IMG/VR virus record: IMGVR_UViG_3300044740_000023
Span: 21,806-85,805 of that record
Direction: 5' to 3' (one strand)
Source: a virus
Lineage: Duplodnaviria > Caudoviricetes
Length of the DNA: 64,000 bases
Below the pieces are notes generated by a model. It was not told the DNA's origin. It saw nothing but the letters and a program-made list of their open reading frames with translations, and searched no databases. A program made the translations under genes and the position numbers. Positions 55,945-63,954 of this stretch are shown in pieces; the stretch's first letter is position 1, and every line of letters begins with the position of its first letter.

Positions 55945-56017
55945 CGAGCCACAACAGACCGATGATGCAGAGACCGAGGATGCCCACGGCGATGTCGAGC
56001 GCGACCTTGAGGCTCAA
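55937..56017 (-). CDS. 26-aa single-TM micropeptide after the endolysin
   Basis: MSLKVALDIAVGILGLCIIGLLWLDG; TTGA overlap with the endolysin stop. Confidence 0.4.
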   Translation of the reverse strand: MSLKVALDIAVGILGLCIIGLLWLDG

Positions 56018-56706
56018 TGCACTCGCCCTCGCAGGATGTTGTACCGCTCCGCGCGGTGCTCGATGTTCCAGCCCTTCTGCACCTTTCGCGGCGGCTTGGT
56101 CTGGAGGATGCCGCGTTCGGCGGCGATCCAGATGGCCTGCCGCAGCCGCACGATCTGCGCGCGCGCGTTGGCGTAGTGGACCGGGTGAATCCAGCGTTCC
56201 TTGCTCCAGCGGTCGAATTCGTGGACGGCCACCTGCTCCTCGTGGGTAAGCACGCTGAGCGGCGAGCCTTCCGGCTTGAGGAACAGCGCGCGCTCCTGCT
56301 GACGCCGCCTCTGGAGTCCTTCCAACACGACGCCGCCCGCGTGGTCGTACCCGAGCATGTGGTCGGCGGCTTCGTGAAAGCGCTTCTCACGGAGCAGCCT
56401 GCCCATCGTGGTGCCCGCGTCGAGCACACCCGTTCCCAAATTCCAAATAAACGAACACAAGGCATCGAACTGATTTTGCGTGAACTCGACGCGACAATTC
56501 CTGATCGCATACTCATAGCGTGTTTCGACCAGATGCCTTAGTCGATTTTCACCTTCCTGCCGTGAGATACACGGAGAACGCGGCCCTATAGATTCCGTTT
56601 CTCCATATCCTCGGGTCCAAACGCCGCCGTACTTATCGAAGTACGGACACGACGACCATCCCTCAAAGCCCTCGATCAAGTGAAGTCCATTCTGACTAAT
56701 GTGCAT
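56014..56706 (-). CDS. Endolysin, GH24 phage lysozyme
   Basis: IEGFEG...YFD...WTRGYG (E/D/T triad), QNQFDALCSFIWNLG, GLQRRRQQERALF. Confidence 0.93.
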   Translation of the reverse strand: MHISQNGLHLIEGFEGWSSCPYFDKYGGVWTRGYGETESIGPRSPCISRQEGENRLRHLVETRYEYAIRNCRVEFTQNQFDALCSFIWNLGTGVLDAGTTMGRLLREKRFHEAADHMLGYDHAGGVVLEGLQRRRQQERALFLKPEGSPLSVLTHEEQVAVHEFDRWSKERWIHPVHYANARAQIVRLRQAIWIAAERGILQTKPPRKVQKGWNIEHRAERYNILRGRVH

Positions 56707-57368
56707 TAGAGCCTCCCTGTAAAGACCTTGGCCTTCTCGCGAGCGAACTGCTTGTCCACCTCTTCAAGCCGGTCGCATTCACTCCTCAGCCAGTCGAGAA
56801 TTGTCTTGGGTGTGATGTCGTGATACCTGCGGTCCTCGGCGTCAGCCGTGTAGAGCAGTCGCAGCCGCACACGAAGCTCGTTGACGACACGTTCGTATTC
56901 GAGCAGTCGTTGTGAGATGTGAACGCCAAGCGTGTGCGCGGCGCGCTTGAGATCGCGCACGTAGGAATCGACGGTGTGCTTGCCGCCTTTCTCGCGAGTC
57001 GCTTTGTCGATCCCGAGTTGCTTCTCCAACGCACGAAGCTCGCCGCTCGCGCGCATCATCGTCTGCTGGAAGGCGGCGAGTTCGGCGGCGTCGATTTCCA
57101 CGCGGCGGTAGCGGCCAGTCGGCACGTCGTTTTCGTCAACCTCTGGCTCCATGCCGTTGACCTGCATCTGGCAGCGGTAGATGATGACCTGCTGCTGGAG
57201 GAGCAACCCGAGCGTGACGAGATCGTTCTGCTTCATCAGCGCGTACTCGTCGGTGTACTTCTCCAGCGACTCGTTCCAGAACTGCACCTCGTCGGGCGTC
57301 TGAAGGTGGAGCGTGCCGCCTGCCGGGAGGCCGACTTCGAGTGTCGGCGTTACTTCGGTAGTTGACAT
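56706..57368 (-). CDS. Putative terminase small subunit
   Basis: Helical protein with RALEKQLGIDKATR, upstream of terL and next to an HNH gene; positional inference. Confidence 0.4.
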   Translation of the reverse strand: MSTTEVTPTLEVGLPAGGTLHLQTPDEVQFWNESLEKYTDEYALMKQNDLVTLGLLLQQQVIIYRCQMQVNGMEPEVDENDVPTGRYRRVEIDAAELAAFQQTMMRASGELRALEKQLGIDKATREKGGKHTVDSYVRDLKRAAHTLGVHISQRLLEYERVVNELRVRLRLLYTADAEDRRYHDITPKTILDWLRSECDRLEEVDKQFAREKAKVFTGRL

Positions 57369-57730
57369 CTCGGGCACCTCCCTTCGGCGTGCAGCGTGTA
57401 GCGCCGTTCGACGCCCGTGTAGTGCCGTTCGAGGTAGTTCTGCCCCGCCTCTTTGAGCACTTCCCACACGAAGCAGATGTTGTCGTCGGTCAACTCGCTC
57501 GTATCGACCTTCAGCGTGCAGGCGGTCTCCTCGGCGTGACAGCGGTCGCACAGCCGCAGCGCGTTGCGCGGGTCGTACAGCCGGTGGACGAGGCCGCGTT
57601 TCTTGAGCGTCTGTTTGGCGACGACGTGGTGGGCGTCGAACTCGCCGGGGTTGCCGCAGACGGCGCATACCCGCTGGAACTGCGCCTCAGCGCGGAAGCT
57701 GGCCGGGTTGCTGATCGAGGTAGTCGCCAT
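57350..57730 (-). CDS. HNH endonuclease (packaging-associated type)
   Basis: CAVCG...AHHVV...NALRLCDRCH. Confidence 0.8.
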   Translation of the reverse strand: MATTSISNPASFRAEAQFQRVCAVCGNPGEFDAHHVVAKQTLKKRGLVHRLYDPRNALRLCDRCHAEETACTLKVDTSELTDDNICFVWEVLKEAGQNYLERHYTGVERRYTLHAEGRCPRCQLPK

Positions 57731-58175
57731 AGAGTCTCGCGAGCAGCGCCTCGCCTAGTCGCGCTTTCGCGCTTTCAAGATACGGCTCCAGTCGGAACAC
57801 ATGCACGGTATCCATCGCCCGGTAGGGCCGGTGGGTGCGTTTCTTCCAATATGCGCGAAACTCGTCGTAGCTCGCGAAGCCCTCGCGCATCAGCGAGTGG
57901 TGGTTGCCCGCGATGTCGTGCAGGCGCTCGACGCGGTGCTCGACGAGGACCATCAGCGCCTCGCGCAGCGCCGCAGTCCTGGCCGGTGGGATCGCGTACA
58001 ACACGACTGGAGTCGGGGTGTCGATGACCGCAGCCAGCGCCCCCGAGGGCGGCGTGCGGAACTCCTGCTTGTGCCCGTGGACGAGCGCCGCCCAATCCGC
58101 GTAGGGCGCGCGCAGGAACAGCGTCCGCAGCGTGCGTTGTCTCGCGCTTGGAGGTCGCCTGCCGCCGTCGATCAT
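57687..58175 (-). CDS. Putative ASCH/PUA-like domain protein
   Basis: LFLRAPYADWAALVHGHKQEFR resembles the ASCH N-terminal G.K..E.R motif. Confidence 0.4.
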   Translation of the reverse strand: MIDGGRRPPSARQRTLRTLFLRAPYADWAALVHGHKQEFRTPPSGALAAVIDTPTPVVLYAIPPARTAALREALMVLVEHRVERLHDIAGNHHSLMREGFASYDEFRAYWKKRTHRPYRAMDTVHVFRLEPYLESAKARLGEALLARLYGDYLDQQPGQLPR

Positions 58176-58630
58176 CCGACAGCGGCAGCAACCAGCGCAT
58201 CCTCGCGCTCGCGCAGCTTCTCAGCCAGCGCGATGTACTCCTCGCTCAACTCTGCGACCGGCGCGAAGCGTCCGGCCAGCCAGAGGTAGGGCGCATGCTT
58301 GATCCGGCTGAGTTCTTGCCCGCGCTCCATCATGTGCCGCTGATCGACACCGAGGCGGCAGAGGCGGGTGAGGAGGTCGTCGGGATCGATGTGGCGCACA
58401 TCGCAGGTCAGGCAGTCGTGCCCCTCGTCCTTCAGGTCGCACGTCACGCCGCGTTCCCACAGCTTGCCCTCCATCACGAGCGACTGGCGCAAGCCTTCGG
58501 TGATCTCCTCCTCGGTGCCTCTCAAGTCCACGCGCAGTCCCGAGGAGAGGATCACGGTATCGAACGGGTCATCTGATCCGAGGTCTAGCTCTGCGAGCCG
58601 CCACTCGGCTTTGATCGACACTTCCCCCAC
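58172..58630 (-). CDS. Cys-containing hypothetical protein
   Basis: CDL...CLTC...LCRLG; ATGA coupling. Confidence 0.5.
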   Translation of the reverse strand: MGEVSIKAEWRLAELDLGSDDPFDTVILSSGLRVDLRGTEEEITEGLRQSLVMEGKLWERGVTCDLKDEGHDCLTCDVRHIDPDDLLTRLCRLGVDQRHMMERGQELSRIKHAPYLWLAGRFAPVAELSEEYIALAEKLREREDALVAAAVG

Positions 58631-58636
58631 CGTGGG

Positions 58637-59041
58637 CTATTCGCCCGAGGCGGCTCCCTGCCCGCCCTCGACGGTTGCATACCCGCTGGTATGCACCCCG
58701 AGGTGCTCAACAGCTTCGGTCGCGGCCTTTTGCGCGAGACCCTCCAGGTCCGCGAGGGTGGTGTGTAGGAACTCTGTCGCGCCCGGTACGGCGTTGGCTT
58801 TCGCGAGCATGCCTTCGACGCCCATTTCGACCTGCCTGCCGTGCAGCCACTTGTACGCGAGGCCAGCGGCGGCAGCGCCACCTGTCGCGAACAGCCCGAG
58901 GATTTCCGCTCCCCCGAGATGCACCCCGAGTCGTTCCGCAAGCCATGCGGAGGCATACCCCGACAGGGCGGTGGCGGCTGGACCGACGACGAACGCGACC
59001 ACGCGCTCGATGCTGATGAGACCGGGTGATTCGGAGTTCAT
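58637..59041 (-). CDS. Holin-like membrane protein
   Basis: Two N-terminal hydrophobic segments, hydrophilic C-terminus. Confidence 0.5.
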   Translation of the reverse strand: MNSESPGLISIERVVAFVVGPAATALSGYASAWLAERLGVHLGGAEILGLFATGGAAAAGLAYKWLHGRQVEMGVEGMLAKANAVPGATEFLHTTLADLEGLAQKAATEAVEHLGVHTSGYATVEGGQGAASGE

Positions 59042-59052
59042 CTCAAGACCTT

Positions 59053-59331
59053 TCAGACTCGGAGGGCGGCAGCCTCACGCTTGGCGGACAGAACGAGGCG
59101 CTCCAGACGCGCACGGTCCTGCGAGGCGCACCAGAGAGTACACCGGACACGGGACCGCAGACAAGCCTCGATTCGGAACCTCCCCGCATCGTCCGGGGAG
59201 ATCACGAGCGACCAATCCCCGTCCAGGTCGAAACGGAAGCGACCCTCGAAGCAGTAGTCGGCGTAGTCGGCGTCGAGAAGCTGCGCCGTGAAGCGCAGCG
59301 CACTCGCAAGTTCTCGCAGCGTGGGCTTCAT
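59053..59331 (-). CDS. Hypothetical protein with its own palindromic upstream element
   Basis: ATG directly after the GTGTTGA-N5-TCAACAC palindrome; ATGA coupling downstream. Confidence 0.5.
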   Translation of the reverse strand: MKPTLRELASALRFTAQLLDADYADYCFEGRFRFDLDGDWSLVISPDDAGRFRIEACLRSRVRCTLWCASQDRARLERLVLSAKREAAALRV

Positions 59332-59332
59332 A

Positions 59333-59351
59333 GTGTTGACATTATCAACAC
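59333..59351. promoter_or_regulatory. AT-rich palindromic operator/promoter GTGTTGA-CATTA-TCAACAC
   Basis: Perfect 7-bp inverted repeat; contains TTGACA (+) and GATAAT (-); GACTGAAGTC lies 10 nt away. Confidence 0.55.
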
Positions 59352-59369
59352 CTGATGACATGACTGAAG

Positions 59370-59729
59370 TCAGGCGGTCAGCGTAGCCGGGTCTCCACCG
59401 AGCCTGACGATCTCCGCGATGAGCCGCTCGACCCGCTGCTCCAGCGACGCGATCTTCCTCCCGTTGTCCTCGATGGTCTCGCGCAGTTGATCGTTCTCCT
59501 CCTTGCCATCCATGAGTTGCTGGCGCAACACCTGCATCGCGCCCTTCATGGCATTGATGGTCTCGGTCGCGGCGTGCGTCGAGATCGCTTCGATTTCCGC
59601 CTTCGCCTTCGCCTCGTCTGCGGGGCGCGGGTGACGCTTCGCCCACGCGCGCCACACAAAAGGGACGATGCCGCCACCCCCGACTATCGCGAGGAGGATC
59701 GCGGAAAGCGTTGCTGCGTCTATCTGCAT
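59370..59729 (-). CDS. Membrane-anchored coiled-coil protein (lysis-cassette type)
   Basis: N-terminal TM (LSAILLAIVGGGGIVPFVW) plus heptad C-terminus. Confidence 0.6.
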   Translation of the reverse strand: MQIDAATLSAILLAIVGGGGIVPFVWRAWAKRHPRPADEAKAKAEIEAISTHAATETINAMKGAMQVLRQQLMDGKEENDQLRETIEDNGRKIASLEQRVERLIAEIVRLGGDPATLTA

Positions 59730-59732
59730 GAC

Positions 59733-59948
59733 CTACCCCCGGTGAGGCGGGCCGACTAGCTCGTTGAGCGTCGCCTCAAACGTCCTGCGGGCGGTCTCTT
59801 TCGCGATCCGCAGATCGCGGTCTTTCTGGACCCGGGGAGGCACACGACGAATGTAGGCGACGAAGAAGCAGCCGAGGCCGATTCCGACGACAGCGGCTAG
59901 TGCGATGAGAAGTCCTGTCGCTGCGGAGATGGCGAGCACATCCAACAC
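59733..59948 (-). CDS. Single-TM membrane protein
   Basis: Hydrophobic residues 1-32, basic C-terminus. Confidence 0.55.
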   Translation of the reverse strand: MLDVLAISAATGLLIALAAVVGIGLGCFFVAYIRRVPPRVQKDRDLRIAKETARRTFEATLNELVGPPHRG

Positions 59949-59949
59949 C

Positions 59950-60585
59950 TCACTTGCTAACGAGGGTCCGGCAATCGAGTAGCGGGGTTGGTGCTACCGA
60001 TTTTTCAAGCTGATCGTATTCGGTCAACTTTGCGGGGAGTTCGTTGCCGATGACATGACCCTGCTTGTCCTTTACCACCGTGAACTGCCGCCAGAAACGT
60101 AGTTTCTGGTTCTCGATGGCGAAAAACGCTTCAAAAGCGCGCTTTTCGGCAGCGCTCTTCGGCTTGATCGTCTGACCGGGCAGCGCCTTCTTCGGCGTGA
60201 TCGCCTGCTGCAAGAAGTAGAGGATGATCTCCAAGTCGAAGGCCCGCGCGTTCCCCTGCGGGCGCGCGGTTCGAGCGACTTCGCAGTTGGACAGCGCGTT
60301 CTTGTGCGCGAGCGCGCGCGTGTCGTGCTGGCTTTCGGTGGAGAGGACGTAGGTGACGGGGATGCAGAGGGCGGCGACGACGACAGCCGTGACGATGGCC
60401 GTGGTGATGCGCTCATGGCGGAAGCGCTCTGTCAGGTCGGCGTCGCGGAGCTTTTCCCCGGTGTACTCGACTGCCTTGACGAAACCGACCGCGAGCGCCT
60501 TCCGGACCTCGTGCGGAAGCTCAATGCCCGCCTCCTCGAAGGCTGCGCCGAACGCCCGCTCAAGTTCAGCCTCTCCGTGGGGCAC
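59950..60585 (-). CDS. Membrane protein with extracellular Cys pair
   Basis: TM ITTAIVTAVVVAALCIPVTYVL; NCEVAR...LDC. Confidence 0.55.
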   Translation of the reverse strand: MPHGEAELERAFGAAFEEAGIELPHEVRKALAVGFVKAVEYTGEKLRDADLTERFRHERITTAIVTAVVVAALCIPVTYVLSTESQHDTRALAHKNALSNCEVARTARPQGNARAFDLEIILYFLQQAITPKKALPGQTIKPKSAAEKRAFEAFFAIENQKLRFWRQFTVVKDKQGHVIGNELPAKLTEYDQLEKSVAPTPLLDCRTLVSK

Positions 60586-60600
60586 CTCTCGAATGCTACC

Positions 60601-60984
60601 TCACGCCTCGACTGAAGTCGCGGCTTCCTCCGCTGGCGATTCCTTGGCCGTTGGCGTCGGGCTGTTGAAAGCCCACACGTTCTGGCCGTCGAAGAAGAAG
60701 TAGCGCTCGCAGTCGCACCCCTCGACCGGCTCGGGATGACAGGGCGTGATCGCGCCGAGGATCGGCACCGTGGGCATGTGCTTGCAAGGACAGGACACGT
60801 CCGCCACCTGATCGCCCTCGCTGTCGGTGTTGAGAATCCAGAACTGCGGCGGCACGAGCTTCGGCGGGACGTGTTCGGCCATCCAGAGCGCGAAGCCGAT
60901 GCCGTGGCCCATGCGCTTCATGTAGGTCTGCGGGCGACCTATCCGGTCCTCCTTGGGCATCAACTCGGGTATCTCCCGGCTCAC
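60601..60984 (-). CDS. Cys-rich hypothetical protein
   Basis: CPCKH...CH...CDCERYF; GTGA coupling. Confidence 0.5.
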   Translation of the reverse strand: MSREIPELMPKEDRIGRPQTYMKRMGHGIGFALWMAEHVPPKLVPPQFWILNTDSEGDQVADVSCPCKHMPTVPILGAITPCHPEPVEGCDCERYFFFDGQNVWAFNSPTPTAKESPAEEAATSVEA

Positions 60985-61184
60985 GCGAGCATCCCGCTCT
61001 TGTAGAGGTAGCTGCGGTCGAGGCCGAGGACGCGAGCGATGTCGGTCACGTTCATCTTGGCCGCGCGCGCGCGAGCGACAGCCTTCTCGGTGTCCTGTTT
61101 GAGCACTTCCTCGTCACGCGCAAGCTGCGCACGGCGGCGTGCGAGTTCGAGCAAATCTTCGTGCGCCTGTTCACGCGCGTTCAT
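60981..61184 (-). CDS. Small HTH DNA-binding protein
   Basis: AKMNVTDIARVLGLDRSYLYK. Confidence 0.7.
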   Translation of the reverse strand: MNAREQAHEDLLELARRRAQLARDEEVLKQDTEKAVARARAAKMNVTDIARVLGLDRSYLYKSGMLA

Positions 61185-61410
61185 CTGCCCTGCGACCGGC
61201 GTTGTGGCCGGGACAGTCGAACGAGTGGAGCGGCTGTCCTCCGCGCACGGCGCGCACGGCCCGCAGCGGGTTGTGCCCGACGATCACGTATGCAGGTCCC
61301 TCGGGGTTCGGCTCGACGGCGAGATCGAGCGCGACCGTCTTGTTGCCGTTATCGACCACCTGCGCAATGTCGATCTCAGCCCCGCAGTTGGGACACCTAC
61401 TCCTCGCCAT
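61171..61410 (-). CDS. Small zinc-binding phage protein
   Basis: CPNCGAEI...LD...G...H..DC; SD GAGGAAG. Confidence 0.6.
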   Translation of the reverse strand: MARSRCPNCGAEIDIAQVVDNGNKTVALDLAVEPNPEGPAYVIVGHNPLRAVRAVRGGQPLHSFDCPGHNAGRRADERA

Positions 61411-61678
61411 CTTCCTCTTCCGCCAGCGCCTCGATGATGTTGAGTTGGCCCTCCAGCGGTCGCGCACCCGTGCGCGGCGGGCGCAGCCACGTTCCGTCCA
61501 CGGCGCAGCCGGTCATCTCCTCGAACATCGCGACGACCTCCCACATGCGGTCGGTCGGCCCGCTCGCGCGCATCTTCAGCGGGCAGCCGTCGATGTCGCC
61601 CACCAAGAACACCTCCAGGCGGTCGTTCTTGAGGTGGCGATACCAGCTATCGGTGCGGCTGACGGTCCCTGCCTCCAT
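61397..61678 (-). CDS. Hypothetical protein
   Basis: In series; acidic tail. Confidence 0.4.
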   Translation of the reverse strand: MEAGTVSRTDSWYRHLKNDRLEVFLVGDIDGCPLKMRASGPTDRMWEVVAMFEEMTGCAVDGTWLRPPRTGARPLEGQLNIIEALAEEEDGEE

Positions 61679-61750
61679 GTGGACCGACTCTACAGATGCG
61701 AGAGGACGCCCTAGAGCGTCCTCCACGCAAAGTCCGTTGTCGGCCTGCGG

Positions 61751-62008
61751 CTACGTGGCGTCGCCGTCAGCGCCACCGGCAGAGCCGGGCACCTCAGCCT
61801 CGCCCTGCGCCGGGTTCGGCTGGTTGGGGTCGTTGGCCTGCTTCGTGGCCGGGTCCAGCGGGTCGCCCGAGAGCGTGCGCGGGTCCGGTGCCGACGATGG
61901 GCCGGGTTTGTTGGGGTTGTGCGCGGCGTCGAGCGGCTGCGAGCCGTCGTTGCCCACGATCACGTCCTCGGTTGCCTGACTCTCAGGCGCGTGCTGCGAA
62001 GCCTCCAT
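61751..62008 (-). CDS. Disordered acidic P/N/D-rich protein
   Basis: SD AAGGAGAG before ATG at 62008. Confidence 0.5.
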   Translation of the reverse strand: MEASQHAPESQATEDVIVGNDGSQPLDAAHNPNKPGPSSAPDPRTLSGDPLDPATKQANDPNQPNPAQGEAEVPGSAGGADGDAT

Positions 62009-62064
62009 GATCTCTCCTTCGTTGCGGTGTGTGGTTCTCAGCTTACCCGTTGACGCGACTGGAA

Positions 62065-62502
62065 TCACGTCGAGTGCATGCCCGTCGCCGTGACGACGTG
62101 CGTGTGCCCGCCGCCGCGCGGGTGATGCTCGTGGTGGAGCTTGCAGACCGGATGACCGTCGCGGGCGGGCGAGGGATGCCATGACAGTCGCTTCGGCAGC
62201 CAGCGCCGGTTGAAGTAGTGGCAGCCGTGGACATGGCATTGGTGGTGGTGGAAGTACGCCGCCGTGCCCGAGGCGACGATGAAGGCGGTCGTGATCCATT
62301 CGTTCACCGAGGAGCCTATGCCCGAGTACCAGTTGTAGCCCTTGCACCGCTCGATTTCGGCGGCGGTGCCGGTGCAGTTGCCAAGCGGATGCGCGCGCCA
62401 GCCGGTGAGCATCAGGTGGACGAGCAGGAGCAGCGCGAAGCCCGCCGCGAAGAGGACCGTGAAGAGGAACAGGAACCGCAGGAAGTGTCCGACAGCCTTC
62501 AC
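62065..62502 (-). CDS. Membrane protein with His/Cys-rich C-terminal domain
   Basis: N-terminal TM, GYNWYSGIGS, second TM, HHHQCHVHGCH...CKLHHEHHP. Confidence 0.6.
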   Translation of the reverse strand: MKAVGHFLRFLFLFTVLFAAGFALLLLVHLMLTGWRAHPLGNCTGTAAEIERCKGYNWYSGIGSSVNEWITTAFIVASGTAAYFHHHQCHVHGCHYFNRRWLPKRLSWHPSPARDGHPVCKLHHEHHPRGGGHTHVVTATGMHST

Positions 62503-62738
62503 TTGATCTGGAGTATCGCGACGATCACGGCGGCAATCGCGGCGAGCAGGCCGAGGGTCGAGGCGACGCCCTTGACGATCCCCGCGCGCGTCGTGGCGCG
62601 CGTGTTGTGGTCTTTGATTTCGCCGCGCGCCCAACCCATGAAGTCGTCCACCTGAGCGCGGCGTTTGATCTCGTTGCGCCACACGACTGCGGCGACGAGG
62701 CCGAGGATCGTCGCCATCCACTTTTCGCGTTCGCTCAC
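62499..62738 (-). CDS. Small protein with hydrophobic termini
   Basis: C-terminal TM LGLLAAIAAVIVAILQIK; GTGA coupling. Confidence 0.5.
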   Translation of the reverse strand: MSEREKWMATILGLVAAVVWRNEIKRRAQVDDFMGWARGEIKDHNTRATTRAGIVKGVASTLGLLAAIAAVIVAILQIK

Positions 62739-62748
62739 GCGCGCGAGC

Positions 62749-63210
62749 TTACGGCTGCGCGTGGACGGCTGTGCCTTTCGGTTCGGTCGGCTGCTGTTGG
62801 GCGCGCGGCGAAATCAAAGACCACAACGGCAGGGTGTCGCTGCGGATCACCTGCACGACGCGATTCGGAGATTCCTCGCGGTAATGCGGCAACTTGAGTT
62901 GCGCTGAGAGCCTGACCATGAAGTCGGGCGGGAGGACATCCTCAAGGCTCGGGTGCTGCTGCACCCACTCGAATATCTCGCGGAGCAGCGCGCCCTCCGC
63001 GCCGAGTTGGGCGGCGAGTTGCTCCAGCGTCGGCTCGTCGCCGTGCAGGGCGCTGCGAAGTCGCGACTCAAGATCGCCTATTCGCTCTCGGGCCGAATTG
63101 AGTTCGTCTACAAGCTCAGCGGCGCGCCGCACGATTGCAAGCGGCTCGATTTTGTGGACGGGACCGTGCTCGCCGCCCTCGCGCTTGAAGTATTCGGCCT
63201 CACTCGACAT
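62749..63210 (-). CDS. Hypothetical coiled-coil protein
   Basis: GGGAG SD; in series. Confidence 0.45.
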   Translation of the reverse strand: MSSEAEYFKREGGEHGPVHKIEPLAIVRRAAELVDELNSARERIGDLESRLRSALHGDEPTLEQLAAQLGAEGALLREIFEWVQQHPSLEDVLPPDFMVRLSAQLKLPHYREESPNRVVQVIRSDTLPLWSLISPRAQQQPTEPKGTAVHAQP

Positions 63211-63583
63211 CGACGGGCATCTCCCACTCTGGCTCCGAGTGAAGCTCCTCCCCGTCCTCGAATCGGATCACGCGCTTCTGGCAATGCTGCACCGTGCAGG
63301 GACACGGCTCGATCCCGACGATGCGCGCGCCGCCGTGCGCCCGCATGCCTACCTCCAGGTCGCTGACGCGCACGAGCCGCGAGGAGTCGAGCGCGCCGAG
63401 ATGCTCCTGCGCGTGCGCGAGCATCGAGAGGCGATGACCGACCTGCGCGCACGCCGCCGCCGCCATCTTGAACTCACCCCGGTCGAGGAAGCTCTTGCAT
63501 TCCGCGAGCCGCTGGTGCGCCGAGAGGACCATCTGCTGTCCGCCGCGCCGGATCGCATCGAGGGTCTCTGCCGCTGTCTCCAC
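63200..63583 (-). CDS. Hypothetical protein
   Basis: SD GGGAGG before GTG. Confidence 0.45.
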   Translation of the reverse strand: METAAETLDAIRRGGQQMVLSAHQRLAECKSFLDRGEFKMAAAACAQVGHRLSMLAHAQEHLGALDSSRLVRVSDLEVGMRAHGGARIVGIEPCPCTVQHCQKRVIRFEDGEELHSEPEWEMPVDVE

Positions 63584-63687
63584 CTTCTACCTCCCGTTGA
63601 CCACTTGGACCGATCTCGCGGACCATCGTGTACTGCCGACCTACACGAATGCTCTGTTCAACCTCACGCTTTGACAGCGAGCGTAGT

Positions 63688-63954
63688 TCATCCCGTGGAT
63701 GCCGCCGAGGTATTCGCATTTGGACTCCTTCCCGCTCGCCCCGCCGCGTGACGGTTGCGCTCCCAATGCCGCCGCACGGCGACATCGCTCACGCCAAGGG
63801 CCGCTCCGATGCGCGCCCAACTCCAATCGGCGCTGCGAGCATCGCGAAGATACCGCAGATACGCGCGCCGTGCCTCCTCTTGCGCGATCCCTGCCGCTGA
63901 TCGCGCGGCGAGCGCATGCTCCAAGCTCGCCTGCGCTGTCTGCTCAGCGGTCAT
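63688..63954 (-). CDS. HTH DNA-binding protein
   Basis: DWSWARIGAALGVSDVAVRRHW. Confidence 0.7.
   Translation of the reverse strand: MTAEQTAQASLEHALAARSAAGIAQEEARRAYLRYLRDARSADWSWARIGAALGVSDVAVRRHWERNRHAAGRAGRSPNANTSAASTG

Larger units (their letters stand above)
870..60619. promoter_or_regulatory. Dispersed palindromic motif GACT-NN-AGTC, at least 21 perfect copies (putative operator array)
   Basis: Starts at 870, 2881, 6891, 7299, 11056, 12668, 13332, 17588, 18560, 21861, 22538, 33341, 38765, 44524, 45800, 46232, 50012, 55294, 58005, 59362, 60610 (manual scan). Confidence 0.75.

Noticed and set aside
870-60619. GACTNNAGTC as a restriction site or as crossover sites of the tyrosine recombinase
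   Set aside because: Restriction sites are usually depleted, not enriched; a 4-2-4 palindrome with unconserved flanks is much shorter than typical ~28-34-bp tyrosine recombinase core sites (not fully excluded)
63584-63690. ORF 63474-63785 or a regulatory element
   Set aside because: Overlaps both neighbours substantially and has no recognisable motif or repeat
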